A DNA stretch of 64,000 nucleotides from contig JAJRWI010000009.1 in assembly GCA_024276825.1 (NCBI GenBank), positions 4,902-68,901 on the forward strand, in the 5' to 3' direction. This DNA is from an archaeon. Its GTDB lineage: Archaea > Asgardarchaeota > Thorarchaeia > Thorarchaeales > Thorarchaeaceae. The position numbers were made by a program, and so were the translations under genes. Numbering within the stretch: the stretch's first letter is position 1; every line of letters begins with the position of its first letter. Below the pieces are notes generated by a model. It did no database searches and was not told where the DNA came from. It saw nothing but the letters and a program-made list of their open reading frames with translations. Below, piece by piece: positions 1 to 9,600 of this stretch.

Positions 1-1
1 T

Positions 2-892
2 GATTACTACGGAGCCAACCAAAACCTAAATCAAATGCAATTAAACAACAGGACCGAACTGTTTCTCGATTGGAACTGGCGATTGAACAATTTCACCAAT
101 CTGAATGATGAATACGTAATGTTGTGTTTTTACTTTGAGTCAGAGGGCTTTGCCTATGTCATGGGTAATGCAAGCCTCGCGGAAAATACTGGAGAATGTG
201 ATAAGTACATTGTACTCCCAGAAGCAGGCGTCATGAATGGCTGGGTGAACACACAACGTGACATCTACGCAGATTATGTGTCGCTGTTTGGAAGTGCTGA
301 AACTAGCATAAGTGAGATATACTTAGTTGCATATGCCCCAGCGGGCGGTAAGATCGAGATTTTATTCGATGATCTCTATCTGTTCTATGACCCCGCACCT
401 GACCTCTACAACCCTAAAATCTCCACGTTAGTCCCTACTGATGAGATGACAGTTAATGTCAATGTCACAGCTTTCGATTTGAATCTAGACGCAGTTCTAC
501 TATTCTATAGAGTTGATGCAGGTTCATGGATATCGATCTCTATGAGCAATCTGGTTGGCAATACTTTCACTGCTACGATTCCAGAACAGTCTGCAGATAC
601 TGTAGTTGAATACTATTTCTTCGCCAATGACACATACGAGAAAGAAACCACCCTGATGAATGACACAGACTACTTCAGATACACAGTAATGGCATCTTCA
701 ACTACATCTACCACAACAACAACTACGACTACCACAACCACATCACCAGAATCTACAACAACTACAACCACGCCCACACAAGGACAATTGATGGATCCCA
801 CAATGGTTCTGTTAGCCATTGGGCTTATTGCTGCAGTGGTCGTCATTGTGCTTATATTTGCTTACAACAAGGGTAGATTGGGCAAAAACTAG
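2..892 (+). CDS. Cell-surface protein, 5'-partial; Thr-rich stalk plus C-terminal TM anchor
   Basis: ORF 35..892 stays open in frame back to nt 2 with no upstream stop. The C-terminus is TTTSTTTTTTTTTTTTSPESTTTTTTPTQG, then the hydrophobic MVLLAIGLIAAVVVIVLIFAY, then a basic tail NKGRLGKN. It contains the module LLFYRVDAGSWISISMSNLVGNTFTATIPEQSADTVVEYYFFAND, which recurs in the giant proteins at 50517-63902. Several N-x-S/T sequons. Confidence 0.6.
   Translation, partial: DYYGANQNLNQMQLNNRTELFLDWNWRLNNFTNLNDEYVMLCFYFESEGFAYVMGNASLAENTGECDKYIVLPEAGVMNGWVNTQRDIYADYVSLFGSAETSISEIYLVAYAPAGGKIEILFDDLYLFYDPAPDLYNPKISTLVPTDEMTVNVNVTAFDLNLDAVLLFYRVDAGSWISISMSNLVGNTFTATIPEQSADTVVEYYFFANDTYEKETTLMNDTDYFRYTVMASSTTSTTTTTTTTTTTSPESTTTTTTPTQGQLMDPTMVLLAIGLIAAVVVIVLIFAYNKGRLGKN
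700..790 (+). repeat. Thr-codon (acN) low-complexity tract encoding the poly-Thr stalk
   Basis: acatctaccacaacaacaactacgactaccacaaccacatcaccagaatctacaacaactacaaccacg. Confidence 0.5.
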
Positions 893-907
893 CCCGCATA
901 TATTTGA

Positions 908-952
908 ATGGACCATGGACCTTTGAGGTTCGGGTCCATTTGCTCCTTTTTT
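908..952 (+). terminator. Hairpin plus T6 terminator downstream of the surface-protein gene
   Basis: atggacc(915-921) pairs with ggtccat(933-939) around an 11-nt loop, followed by ttgctcctttttt. Confidence 0.45.
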
Positions 953-1096
953 GACTCTTGAAGATTAATGACTCCTTCTTTGTATAATCGTATCAGGCTA
1001 GACGTTCTTCTCTGAGAAATCGGTAGTAAATAAGGTCATATATCATGATACAAATCAGATAGAGAAAATTAAAACAGTCAATGTTAATAATCATTA

Positions 1097-1648
1097 TTGA
1101 AAAATCGTGAGAGGATTGAGTTGAGTCAGAGAATCGGGAGGTTCATCATCAAGATTCAGAAAGGAGATATCACTGAGTTTGATGTGGATGCAGTAATCAA
1201 TGCCGCGAACTCGGATCTCTGGATGGGCTCGGGGGTTGCAGGTGCCATTAAGAGTAAGGGGGGTATCATGATAGAGAGAGAAGCAATGGCGCAAGGTCCC
1301 ATAAAGCCCGGTGAAGCGATCATCACAACAGGAGGAAACCTCAAGGCAATACATGTGATTCATTGCGCTGGAATGCCACCTGGAGGACAAGCAACATTCC
1401 TAGCAGTCAAAGAATCAATGGACCATGCAATTCGTCTTGCAGATGGTCATGGGTTGCGTTCTGTCGCAGTCCCTGCAATAGGTGCAGGTGTTGGTGGTCT
1501 TACAATAAATGAGGCTATGGAGGCGATTCTCGCTGCAATCAGAGAGAATTGCGAGGCACATGGTCCACTCGCAGAGATAGTCCTTGTTGGATATGGTGAG
1601 CGCGCCTATAACGAGATCTGCAAGATTGTGCAGAAATCTGGTGAGTAG
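1097..1648 (+). CDS. Macro domain protein (ADP-ribose binding / O-acetyl-ADP-ribose deacetylase-like)
   Basis: TTG start. Carries DVDAVINAANSDLWMGSGVAGAIKSKGG and the glycine-rich loops AVPAIGAGVGGL, IHVIHCAGM and IVLVGYG, typical of macro/YmdB-type domains. Confidence 0.8.
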   Translation: MKNRERIELSQRIGRFIIKIQKGDITEFDVDAVINAANSDLWMGSGVAGAIKSKGGIMIEREAMAQGPIKPGEAIITTGGNLKAIHVIHCAGMPPGGQATFLAVKESMDHAIRLADGHGLRSVAVPAIGAGVGGLTINEAMEAILAAIRENCEAHGPLAEIVLVGYGERAYNEICKIVQKSGE

Positions 1649-1649
1649 A

Positions 1650-2141
1650 ATGCAGTGCTGGAAGGTAGGAAACATCTCGGTCAGAATAACATTGGGCAAT
1701 CCTAGTAATGAGGAGATTGATCTTGCTGTTACCTCAGAGGGAATCACACTCGGTTTCGATCCATCTGACCCATTCGGCAAGAGAACACCCGCAAAGATAT
1801 CAATCAAGGAGGATGCCCCAGCGAAACATGTGATTCACTGGCCACAGGTCTCCGTGCTGGATGAGAACCGCAGAGAGATTATCTACAACACTGTCAAGAA
1901 AGCTCTTGAGTCAGCCCACAAAGAACAGATGCAAAAGATCGGTTTCTACATCTTCTCTCTTGAAGTTGCACGGATTCCCAGCTGGGAGGTTGCAGAGGAG
2001 ATAGTGAGAGCACTTCAAAACACAAGCAATGAACACTCTAGTGTTGATTCGGTCATCATAGTCACAAGCTCCGCAGTCCAGATGAGCTCACTCCAGTTCG
2101 CTCTTGAGAACCAGAACCTTGTCACTTACAAGAATGACTGA
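1650..2141 (+). CDS. Degenerate macro-domain paralog (likely non-catalytic)
   Basis: ATG at 1650 directly follows the stop of the upstream macro gene. The protein aligns by eye to its neighbour (KHVIHWPQV vs AIHVIHCAGM; IGFYIFSLEVARIPSWEVAEEIVRALQN vs VAVPAIGAGVGGLTINEAMEAILAAIRE; SVIIVTSS vs EIVLVGYG) but has lost the Gly-rich phosphate-binding loops. Confidence 0.45.
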   Translation: MQCWKVGNISVRITLGNPSNEEIDLAVTSEGITLGFDPSDPFGKRTPAKISIKEDAPAKHVIHWPQVSVLDENRREIIYNTVKKALESAHKEQMQKIGFYIFSLEVARIPSWEVAEEIVRALQNTSNEHSSVDSVIIVTSSAVQMSSLQFALENQNLVTYKND

Positions 2142-2309
2142 TTTTTTTCATATCTTATTATAATTCATGAAAACGCTCATTGATAGTATTCTCATATCTT
2201 GCATCCCGTTCAAGAGATGCTAAAGCGCAATATGCATAGTAAGCTTTGGTATCAAGACAATAGAGTTCAGCAATTTGGAGTATAAAAAACTCAACATTTC
2301 TTTAACGCA

Positions 2310-2600
2310 ATGTTTGTACTCGTGGGAGTGAATATTAATTTAGTGGGACATGTGTCATTTATTGCGAAAGTTGACAAAAAGGGAGGAATTCTACTGCAAA
2401 AAGAAACTAGAGAAAATGTTGGAATTAAAGAGGAAAGTAATGCTAGAATAAGAATTGAGAGTGAAAAAAAGGCAATCGAGCCGCTAGAGTCGATTGCAGA
2501 CAAATTCTTCGGAGTTTTCAGCAGTGATAGATGGCCAAAAGATCTTGATAACTTCATACTGGAGGTTATTAAAAATTGGAAGATATCAAGCAGTACATAG
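2310..2600 (+). CDS. vapB: AbrB/SpoVT-fold antitoxin (VapB-like)
   Basis: Swapped-hairpin motif IAKVDKKGGILLQKETRENVGIKEESNARIRIE. The true start may be a GTG near 2346. It is followed immediately by a PIN-like gene. Confidence 0.55.
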   Translation: MFVLVGVNINLVGHVSFIAKVDKKGGILLQKETRENVGIKEESNARIRIESEKKAIEPLESIADKFFGVFSSDRWPKDLDNFILEVIKNWKISSST

Positions 2601-3000
2601 ATGTCAGCATATTTGTTTATTGGCTTGGGAACCATCTCCTACTTTTGGACAAAAAGCATATGATTGGACTAAAAAGGTTGAGCAGAGCTCGCTGGGATCA
2701 TATGTAACAGCCAGTCCTTCGATTTACGAGGTCATGGTGATACTTGCAGGATTGACAAATAAAAAACTGAAAAACAATGAATTCACAAGGAGGATTATTG
2801 AGGCCATAACAAATCTGAGAGGCCTTATGATAGAAGCAGTTACACATGAAGAAATCTTATCAGCTCAAAGATTGATGATGCAGTATAATTTGGATTATGA
2901 GGATGCCTTGCACCTCTCGGTCGCTGCAAAGGTCAATGCAAAAGAAATAGTTTCAGATGATATTGATTTTGAAAATTTACCTATCGAGTCCTCCAATTAG
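2576..3000 (+). pseudogene. vapC: PIN-domain toxin (VapC-like), interrupted by a frameshift
   Basis: The N-terminal PIN motif (TTG)EDIKQYIDVSIFVYWLGNHLLLLDKK is read in frame 2 from 2576 and stops near 2710. The C-terminal PIN motif NLDYEDALHLSVAAKVNAKEIVSDDIDFENL is in frame 1 (the ORF ending at 3000). The frame switch lies around 2650-2700, where there are two A5 runs. Confidence 0.5.
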
Positions 3001-3183
3001 ATATTGAATATTTGCATCAAAATTCGTCCTATGAGTCAAATTAAGTCGAGCATGTTCGTGATTAATGCCCAACTCTGCTCAAGAAGAATCAATAGCAGGT
3101 CATATCATTTGTCCATAAAGGTTCTGATTGAATAATTAGAATCAACCCAAGATGTGAGTTGGGCCAATATTGAAGAGATAATG

Positions 3184-4545
3184 CTATTTTCGAAATCGTC
3201 TACGTGCGGCATCTGCAGAAAGGACAATTGGGTCCCAAGTGTCGCAGATGGCAGGGGCGTAGCAATTCTCCCAGTCAAACACTTCGAGGGCGCTCAGATC
3301 CTTTTGGATGGCAAGGGTCAGTACATTGATTCTCATAGCTGCATCCTCTACACCAATTATCTGGCCGCCAATGATTCTACCTGTGTGTTTATCGAACAGG
3401 GTCTTCACTTTTATCTCATGACCACCTTGAAAATAGGGAGGTTTGGTAGTGCCCTTGATTGAACCGCGCACAACCTCAATCTCGTACCTCTTGGCGAGTT
3501 GATCGGTAAGTCCTGTGCTGGCTATTTCGAGACCGAACAGTTTAGTGACCTTGGCACCAATGACTCCTGGGAACTTGATGTCGCCACCAGCAGCATTGAT
3601 GCCTGCAACACGAGCTTGGCGAACAGCAACGGTTCCGAGACCGCTCACAATGGTTCGTCGAGTGACAAAGTCGAAACTCTCGGCACAGTCGCCACATGCA
3701 TAGACGCCCTCAAGATTTGTCATCATGTGATTATCGGTCATGATTCCGCGAGTTGAACCAATCTGAACACCTATGTTCTCAGCAAGGTCAGTTACAGGTC
3801 TTACGCCTGTTGCAACAACAACAACATCAGCAGGAATCTCAGAAATTTCCTCATTCTCGCGGTTCTGCACAATGACGGCTGTGGGGGTTACATCGCCGAG
3901 AATCTCTTGGGCAGATGTGTTGGTCAATATCTTGAGACCGTGGGAACTGCAGTGTTCCTCTACAATTCGTGCCATTTCAGGATCCACCATGGCGAGGAGG
4001 ATATTTGGTAGAAATTCAACAATGATAACATTGAGACCCCGTTCATGAAATGCTTCAGCGGTTTCCATGCCAATCAGACCACCGCCAATGACCACTACAT
4101 TCTTGGCCTTGTCAACCTCTTGAGCAAGGGCTTTTGCATCATCAAGGGTTCGCAGTCTATACACGCGTCTTTTATCCAGGCCTTTGATTGGTGGGTCTAT
4201 GTTTTTAGCTCCGGTGGCAAATACAAGGGAGTCATATTCCATTGAGCCAGTTCCCGCATCGCCGGTATAGAATATCTCTCTGTTTTCATGATCAATATTA
4301 GTGACCTTTGTGCCAAGCTTTGCATCTATTTTAAGAGACGCCCAGTTTTCAGGAGGGGTCAACACAAGGTCCTCAAATTCCTTGACCTTTCCCGATATTG
4401 TGTATGGAAGTCCACAACGAGAGTATTGCGAATATGGTTCGATGTCAAAAATCGTGATTTCGGCTTTACGATTAAACTTTCTAGCTTGCATGGCGGCGGT
4501 AGCCCCAGCTGCTCCACACCCAATGATAACTATCCTCACAGCCAT
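3184..4545 (-). CDS. NADH oxidase / CoA-disulfide reductase family flavoprotein (class I pyridine nucleotide-disulfide oxidoreductase)
   Basis: Rossmann motif VIIGCGAAGATAA, single redox-active Cys in YSRCGLPY, a second dinucleotide fold VVVIGGGLIGMETAE. 453 aa, with no rhodanese extension. Confidence 0.8.
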   Translation of the reverse strand: MAVRIVIIGCGAAGATAAMQARKFNRKAEITIFDIEPYSQYSRCGLPYTISGKVKEFEDLVLTPPENWASLKIDAKLGTKVTNIDHENREIFYTGDAGTGSMEYDSLVFATGAKNIDPPIKGLDKRRVYRLRTLDDAKALAQEVDKAKNVVVIGGGLIGMETAEAFHERGLNVIIVEFLPNILLAMVDPEMARIVEEHCSSHGLKILTNTSAQEILGDVTPTAVIVQNRENEEISEIPADVVVVATGVRPVTDLAENIGVQIGSTRGIMTDNHMMTNLEGVYACGDCAESFDFVTRRTIVSGLGTVAVRQARVAGINAAGGDIKFPGVIGAKVTKLFGLEIASTGLTDQLAKRYEIEVVRGSIKGTTKPPYFQGGHEIKVKTLFDKHTGRIIGGQIIGVEDAAMRINVLTLAIQKDLSALEVFDWENCYAPAICDTWDPIVLSADAARRRFRK

Positions 4546-4841
4546 GGTGATTTACCTTCCTAGATAGGTTACACATCTTGCGACTGACATACTACAACTT
4601 CAATCTTTGGTAACAAGACATTGATAGTATATGAATGATATCACAGATTATAAAATAGGAAAGACATAGATGAAGGTTGGTTATTTGATTTTCATGAAGT
4701 AGAGAAGATGGCACTCTTTCTATTTGAGTAGAATAGACCATGCTTGCCAAATCCAATCAGTGCATAGTTTCGATGACTATCAAAACACTCTTGATTGTAA
4801 TTTCTAGCACATTTTCTTTCAATACTAACTGTACTAGATTT

Positions 4842-4869
4842 AAAAAAATGTGAGCCCAATAATGGGCTC
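4842..4869 (-). terminator. Hairpin plus oligo-T (on the minus strand) after the 528-aa membrane-protein gene
   Basis: gagccc-aataat-gggctc hairpin (4852-4869) adjacent to aaaaaaa (4842-4848), which is a T7 run on the minus strand. Confidence 0.4.
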
Positions 4870-4899
4870 GTTCCATTTGGGTGTTTGATCACTAATCAA

Positions 4900-6486
4900 T
4901 TATTGACGTTCGCGATCTAGTTCTTCAGGGGTCAGCTTGTCGCCCTCATCCTCTGCAGCTTCTTCCGCCATGGTTTCAGATGTGTCTTCGTCAATACTTT
5001 GTTCAGAGGTATAAGCAGATGGTTCTTCAGATTTCGGAGCTTTTTCGACCTCTGCTGGTTCACTCACCTTTGGAGTTGTGTCGGTGGGTTCATCGCTAAC
5101 TTCAGGTTCTGGTGAAGGTGTTGGCTCACTAGGGGGCTCTTGCATAGACTCTATTTCTACTGAGAACTTTTTGATCTGATTCTTCCTCGCAATATAAAGT
5201 GCAATTATCACAGCCAGTGATAGAGCAGCTCCGATGAATGTGAGTGTTGTTTGGATCTTGCTTGTTGCACCACCCAAGAGTTGTTGCCAAGTGAGAATAA
5301 GAAACACAAGACCTGCGAGGTTCATTGCAAATCCACGAATGGGGGTTTCAATCTTGGTGATCTCAGTGAGCCCCGCATCAACCATTGCGGCACCAATGAC
5401 GCCTGCGTTATAGTCCTTGAGTTTAGTCTTCTTTGCAATCTTTCTGATTGATAGTGATTTCTTTTTGCCAAGAAGCTTAACTGCCTTGTCTGCCTTTGAA
5501 ACAAGGAAATCAGCATATGCCAGACGAGCACCTGTTTCATCCAACTTGCACTTTTTGCAATAATTGGTCTTCTTATTCCATTTCCTCTTGCATTTCGGAC
5601 ACTTGTCCATGAGCCATGCAGATGGGGCAATCTCACGAATCTTCTGCTTGAGTCGGAACTCAGAAACATCTTCCCTAATGGGTTCTTCAGGCTCACCCTT
5701 CTTTTTCTTTCGCTTTTTCATTTTTGCTTTGAAAAGAACGAGTGAGAATAGTGCAGGTGTTGCTCCTAGCACTGTGAGATTTGGCAACGACTTCAATTCA
5801 GAGGCTTTTTTCTGGATACTTCGAAGTTTATGAGCTGTCTGGAACCCATCAAATAATTGCCAGATACTGCTCCCCATTCCAGTGACTGCACCCACTGTGG
5901 CCACACCGGCACTTATGCCTGCAACCGATGTTATCACTGTGAGAGGATCGGCAGGGATGAGGAGATAGAAGTCCGTGCCTATCTGATAAGTTTCAGTTTC
6001 GCCCTGTATGTGATATGTGAAATTGAGAGTAGCCTTGAATAGACCAGTTGCAATGTCAACACCACTAAGTGAAAGTATCTGGCCAAAGTCAATCAATGCA
6101 GAAACAGGAGGAATGCTGACATTAGCTGGAATAACGACTTCGGATGTATTAGTATTGGGGTCTCGAACTTCCAATGGAAACAGTGCCATGTCCAAGTAGT
6201 AGAACCATATCACACCTTTCATAACAATGGGCTCAGTGTATGTATTGTTTACCTGAAGATATATCTCCATTGGGTTTTCTAAATCCACAGTGATTGGATT
6301 CTCCTCTGTAGCATGTGTGATTGGAGTGCCATCAAGCAGAATTTTAACAGCAAGCTTATCATCATAGACGAACTCATCTGTCCATTGAGCATTGGCGATT
6401 CCAGCCCTCGAAAAGAAAAGTGCGGCTATGAAAAGAACATATGCAAACATAATCATTCGTGACCTTGAATGTTTCATTTTGACCAC
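4900..6486 (-). CDS. Membrane protein: signal peptide, approx. 200-aa extracytoplasmic domain, TM, Lys-rich zinc ribbon, TM hairpin, acidic Pro/Glu tail
   Basis: N-terminal MIMFAYVLFIAALFFSRAGIANA. Cytoplasmic KKRKKKKGEPEE followed by CPKCKRKWNKKTNYCKKCK. C-terminal EPPSEPTPSPEPEVSDEPTD...EEAAEDEGD. Lies directly downstream of the giant membrane-protein gene. Confidence 0.6.
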   Translation of the reverse strand: MVKMKHSRSRMIMFAYVLFIAALFFSRAGIANAQWTDEFVYDDKLAVKILLDGTPITHATEENPITVDLENPMEIYLQVNNTYTEPIVMKGVIWFYYLDMALFPLEVRDPNTNTSEVVIPANVSIPPVSALIDFGQILSLSGVDIATGLFKATLNFTYHIQGETETYQIGTDFYLLIPADPLTVITSVAGISAGVATVGAVTGMGSSIWQLFDGFQTAHKLRSIQKKASELKSLPNLTVLGATPALFSLVLFKAKMKKRKKKKGEPEEPIREDVSEFRLKQKIREIAPSAWLMDKCPKCKRKWNKKTNYCKKCKLDETGARLAYADFLVSKADKAVKLLGKKKSLSIRKIAKKTKLKDYNAGVIGAAMVDAGLTEITKIETPIRGFAMNLAGLVFLILTWQQLLGGATSKIQTTLTFIGAALSLAVIIALYIARKNQIKKFSVEIESMQEPPSEPTPSPEPEVSDEPTDTTPKVSEPAEVEKAPKSEEPSAYTSEQSIDEDTSETMAEEAAEDEGDKLTPEELDRERQ

Positions 6487-6660
6487 TCATTTAACCTTCG
6501 ATTACTGAAAGAATCATTGCTATTTCTCATTTTCTCTTTAAATCATATAATCGACTAGTGGCATATCTAATTCTAGCATTAAAAAACGCTTTGTGTATCC
6601 AATCACTTCGAAATATAATCCTATTCTGATAATATTTGAGATTGAAGGGATTATAACTTG

Positions 6661-9600
6661 TTATGTAAATATGAGCATTAAGACAAATATCGAAATTGCG
6701 CCAATTAGAGCTAGCAGTGTGATGAATCGCATGTAGACTAATTGAGGGTGCTGACTCTCCTTGATCTTCAGAAATCTACTTAGAAACAGTAGAGACGCCG
6801 AGAGTGCAAGGAGAAGACTCTGATAGAATACACCGAATATGAAGGTGAATGCAAATCCCGTGATACCAAAGGACATAGGAGCAAGGAAGAGTTGACTGGA
6901 TTCCTTTTTTAGTAATGGATAGAGAAAGATTGCGGCCACGAATACTGCAAAATAGAGAGAGGCCAAGCTCACAAAGAATATGTTTGCTGTCCAGAGATAT
7001 GAAATAGCACCAGAGAACGCTGACAACAGGACCCAAAGAATGGGAATACTGCGTGTTGGCATCCACTCAATTCGTGTCGAGATCATCATTATACATAATG
7101 CAGGATAAAATGCTGCAAATCCGCTCAGGAGCTGAAATTGCAATGTTGGAGCAAAAGGAAGGAGCAGTAGTAAAATAGCAATTCCAGAACTGACTGGCAC
7201 AGGCACCCAAGTGATTGTGATGTATTCTGGACTCAACTCAAGTTCTTGATTGATGATGAGTATTCCGATGAACAGAGAGACCAGAATTGTGAGAAGTGCC
7301 AGATGTGGAAGATTGTGATCTGCCAAAGTCGCCATGAGTGTAATTCCCATACCTAACATTGCTAAGAAGCCACTTGCATAGCCAAAGCGGCTCCTCACCG
7401 TTCTTCGGACAATTGCAATCAAGACAAGAAGTAGTCCAAGGATCATGAGTGGCATGCTGAAGCTTGGAATTGTGTATAACAGACCTTGAGGGTTCATGTT
7501 GACAAAATCACTGAAGAATGGGTAAGAGAGCACACCGAGAGTAATGGAGAAGGCAATTGAGAATATCGCCCACATGAAATAGCCCCATTTCTCGAATAGC
7601 TTTTTCACATACATCATAAACTGCTTGAAGGCCTGAACAATAAGCACACCAAGGTTGAAAAAGTTTCGAGCAATAAAGACGAGTGCAGGAAATATCACTG
7701 GAATCTCCAGAATAAAGAAGACGAACAGACCAGGGAGTAAGGCGTCCGCCAATGTGATTTCAAGAGCTAGTTGGTTAGTTAAGAGTGCCAAGAAGCCAAA
7801 TAATCCCATTATTCCCCAACTGCCTTTGGCAAATCTCCTATACTGCATCGCCCAGCCTAAGAGAGACAGAATTAATGTGGAGGTAGCCAAGTAGGTCAAA
7901 ACATTCGAGAATACAAGCATTTGAGAGATCTCGCCCGAAGGCATCAGAAGTCCAAAGAGCAAAAGAAATGCATCAAACCAAATAGATGGCAAAGTGAACT
8001 TCTTTAGATAGTCAAGCCGTAAGTCTTGGAAATAGAATATTTCTGAAATGATAAAAATGACTGCAGCTCCAAGACCAATTGCAAGTGAAACAACATAATG
8101 ACGGATTGGGATGTTCATAATGGAACTCGGTTGGAAGAGTAAATAGGTGAGAATTCCGCCAACAACCCCAAACATGAATGGAAAAACGATGACGGACCTC
8201 TCAAAGTGTTCATCATACTCATTCTTGATGAAATTGACCAGTCTTATAGCGAGAGGATAGGTTATTGATAGGGCTAAAAGCATCCAAATGATCAGGGTCA
8301 TGAGTATCAATTGATTGATTGGCATTATCAGAAGATTCCTCATATAAAACAGAACAGCAACACCAATCGAACCTACGAGATTGATTACTTTGATGAGGGA
8401 TTTTGGACAATTGTACCAGATTGAGAACAAGACCAAGCCAGCTCCAGCCATGACAATACATCCCACACCAAATGCAACTAGAACATCAGCAGTCAAAAGA
8501 TATGTAATGGCTGAGGAGTAGATGAAAGCACCCAAGACCGCGGGGAACCAAGCGCCATGAACTACGCGATCTTCCATTGGTAGATGGTTTGCTCGTTCAC
8601 CCAAGTAGAATCCAGGTGTTGCAACCAATGAGAATACAATCATGACACTGCCAAAGTATTGAAAAATAGCTATTGATGAATTAACTGCATACATTGTCAA
8701 ATGGGCAGGCAATGAGTAGATCAATGCGAAGACTAATGACACCAGTTCCCATGCTGGTTCAAATTGGAACCACGACACAGGTCGAGTCATTGGCAAGATT
8801 ATTGTGAGTAGTGAGATGAATGTGGCGCCAAGGAGAATATCATTGAGTGGCAGTGTGTAAATGAATACTGAATGCCAGATCCATATTGATTCTAGAAACA
8901 CTATAAACAGGGATGAGGACACAGCTTGAATCATTCCCTGACTGAGTCCATCAAATGGGTTCCAGAGCTCAAACAGCGAATACATAAACAGACCTGTGAT
9001 CAAGACCAGAACCACGCTTTCAAATATGGGATAGATTTGATACCAGAGGATGGATACGAACCCTGAAACTATCAGGCCCAAGATTCGCCAATGAAATCGT
9101 GGATGAGGACCAACCTTTGATCGCACAATTGATATAAAAAGTAAGGGCAAGAGTCCAATTAGAATTGGCACTATTGAATTGGGTGGCATAATCACTGAGA
9201 GATATCGGAACCCAGTGAGGGAGAGGAAGCCACAACCAACCAACGAGATTATCACGGTTATTGTTTCAGAAATATCAGAGCCACCCGAGAAGTAGAGCAC
9301 TATGATGAAAACAAAGATACTCAAGAATATTGAAACCTGAAGGTCAATGAGATTATAGCTGAACATGAAGACAAATAAAGCAGACAGAGCAGAACGAAAG
9401 AGTCCCAGGCCAAATACAAAATCACTCAGATCGAATGGCATATTGGGAGTCTTTCTCAACAGTTCAACGGCCAAGAGTAGTCCAATGGCTGGCGAAGCAA
9501 TAGTGAATGGGTACAGTCCATAGGCCACAAGTATTGCGAGTGAAATTGAGAAGAACATCCAAATCTGATACATGAATCGTCTGCGTGGGATGAATAACAA

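Noticed and set aside
1584-1649. ORF-track N-terminal extension of the second macro-like ORF (start at 1584)
   Set aside because: It overlaps the upstream macro gene in another frame. An ATG at 1650 immediately after the upstream stop is the likelier start.
3154-4563. Several 60-100 aa ORFs on the plus strand (3154-3462, 3499-3756, 3773-4048, 4045-4245, 4288-4563)
   Set aside because: They lie antisense within the strongly supported nox/CoADR gene and have no motifs. They are typical shadow ORFs.
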